A DNA stretch of 53,235 bases, the filler included, from Sphingomonadaceae bacterium (lineage in GTDB: Bacteria; Chloroflexota; UBA6077), in assembly GCA_050261575.1 (NCBI GenBank). It is 3 parts of 3 records of this genome, joined end to end, with 100 filler letters (N's around TTAATTAATTAA, not from the genome) between each part and the next. Parts side by side here need not be neighbours in the genome. Positions count along the whole stretch, not along the records: positions 44,534 to 53,235 come from JBLNDL010000098.1; 2 more parts are not named here. One strand, 5' to 3'. The translations under genes and the position numbers were made by a program. Numbering within the stretch: the stretch's first letter is position 1; each line of letters opens with the position of its first letter. Shown here piece after piece: positions 53,015-53,235 of the stretch. Under the pieces are notes generated by a model. The model was not told where the DNA came from, searched no databases, and was given only the letters and a program-made list of their open reading frames with translations.

Positions 53015-53235
<221 letters not shown>

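Overview
GC-rich bacterial draft-assembly window made of three contigs (1-28021, 28122-44433, 44534-53235) joined by N-runs carrying an artificial TTAATTAATTAA linker. Gene content and a characteristic surface-protein repeat suggest Chloroflexota (inference). Contig 1 holds two RND efflux loci, small stress genes and a ~15 kb co-oriented respiration block headed by a Fur/PerR-like regulator (cydAB, fused cydDC, ctaB, caa3-type oxidase, extra c-type cytochromes, Rieske/cyt b/cyt c), then a TipA/Mta-like MerR regulator and a peroxiredoxin. Contig 2 holds a surface protein, KTSC, an amino-sugar surface-glycosylation cluster (GT2, epimerase, DegT, MTase, NPCBM+GH36-like, YfhO), a class B PBP and an HPRT fused to a PD-(D/E)xK-like domain. 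Contig 3 holds an Fe-ADH, mrfA/mrfB, MMSDH and a TPP enzyme. No rRNA, tRNA, CRISPR array or transposase was seen. The most unusual layer is several families of small dispersed repeats (GTAG-type REP palindromes, 7/8-mer tandem repeats, a 74-bp TIR element, an ~80-bp CGCAGAT element); the REP and 7/8-mer families also occur in frame inside proteins. All calls come from reading motifs by eye; no database search was run.
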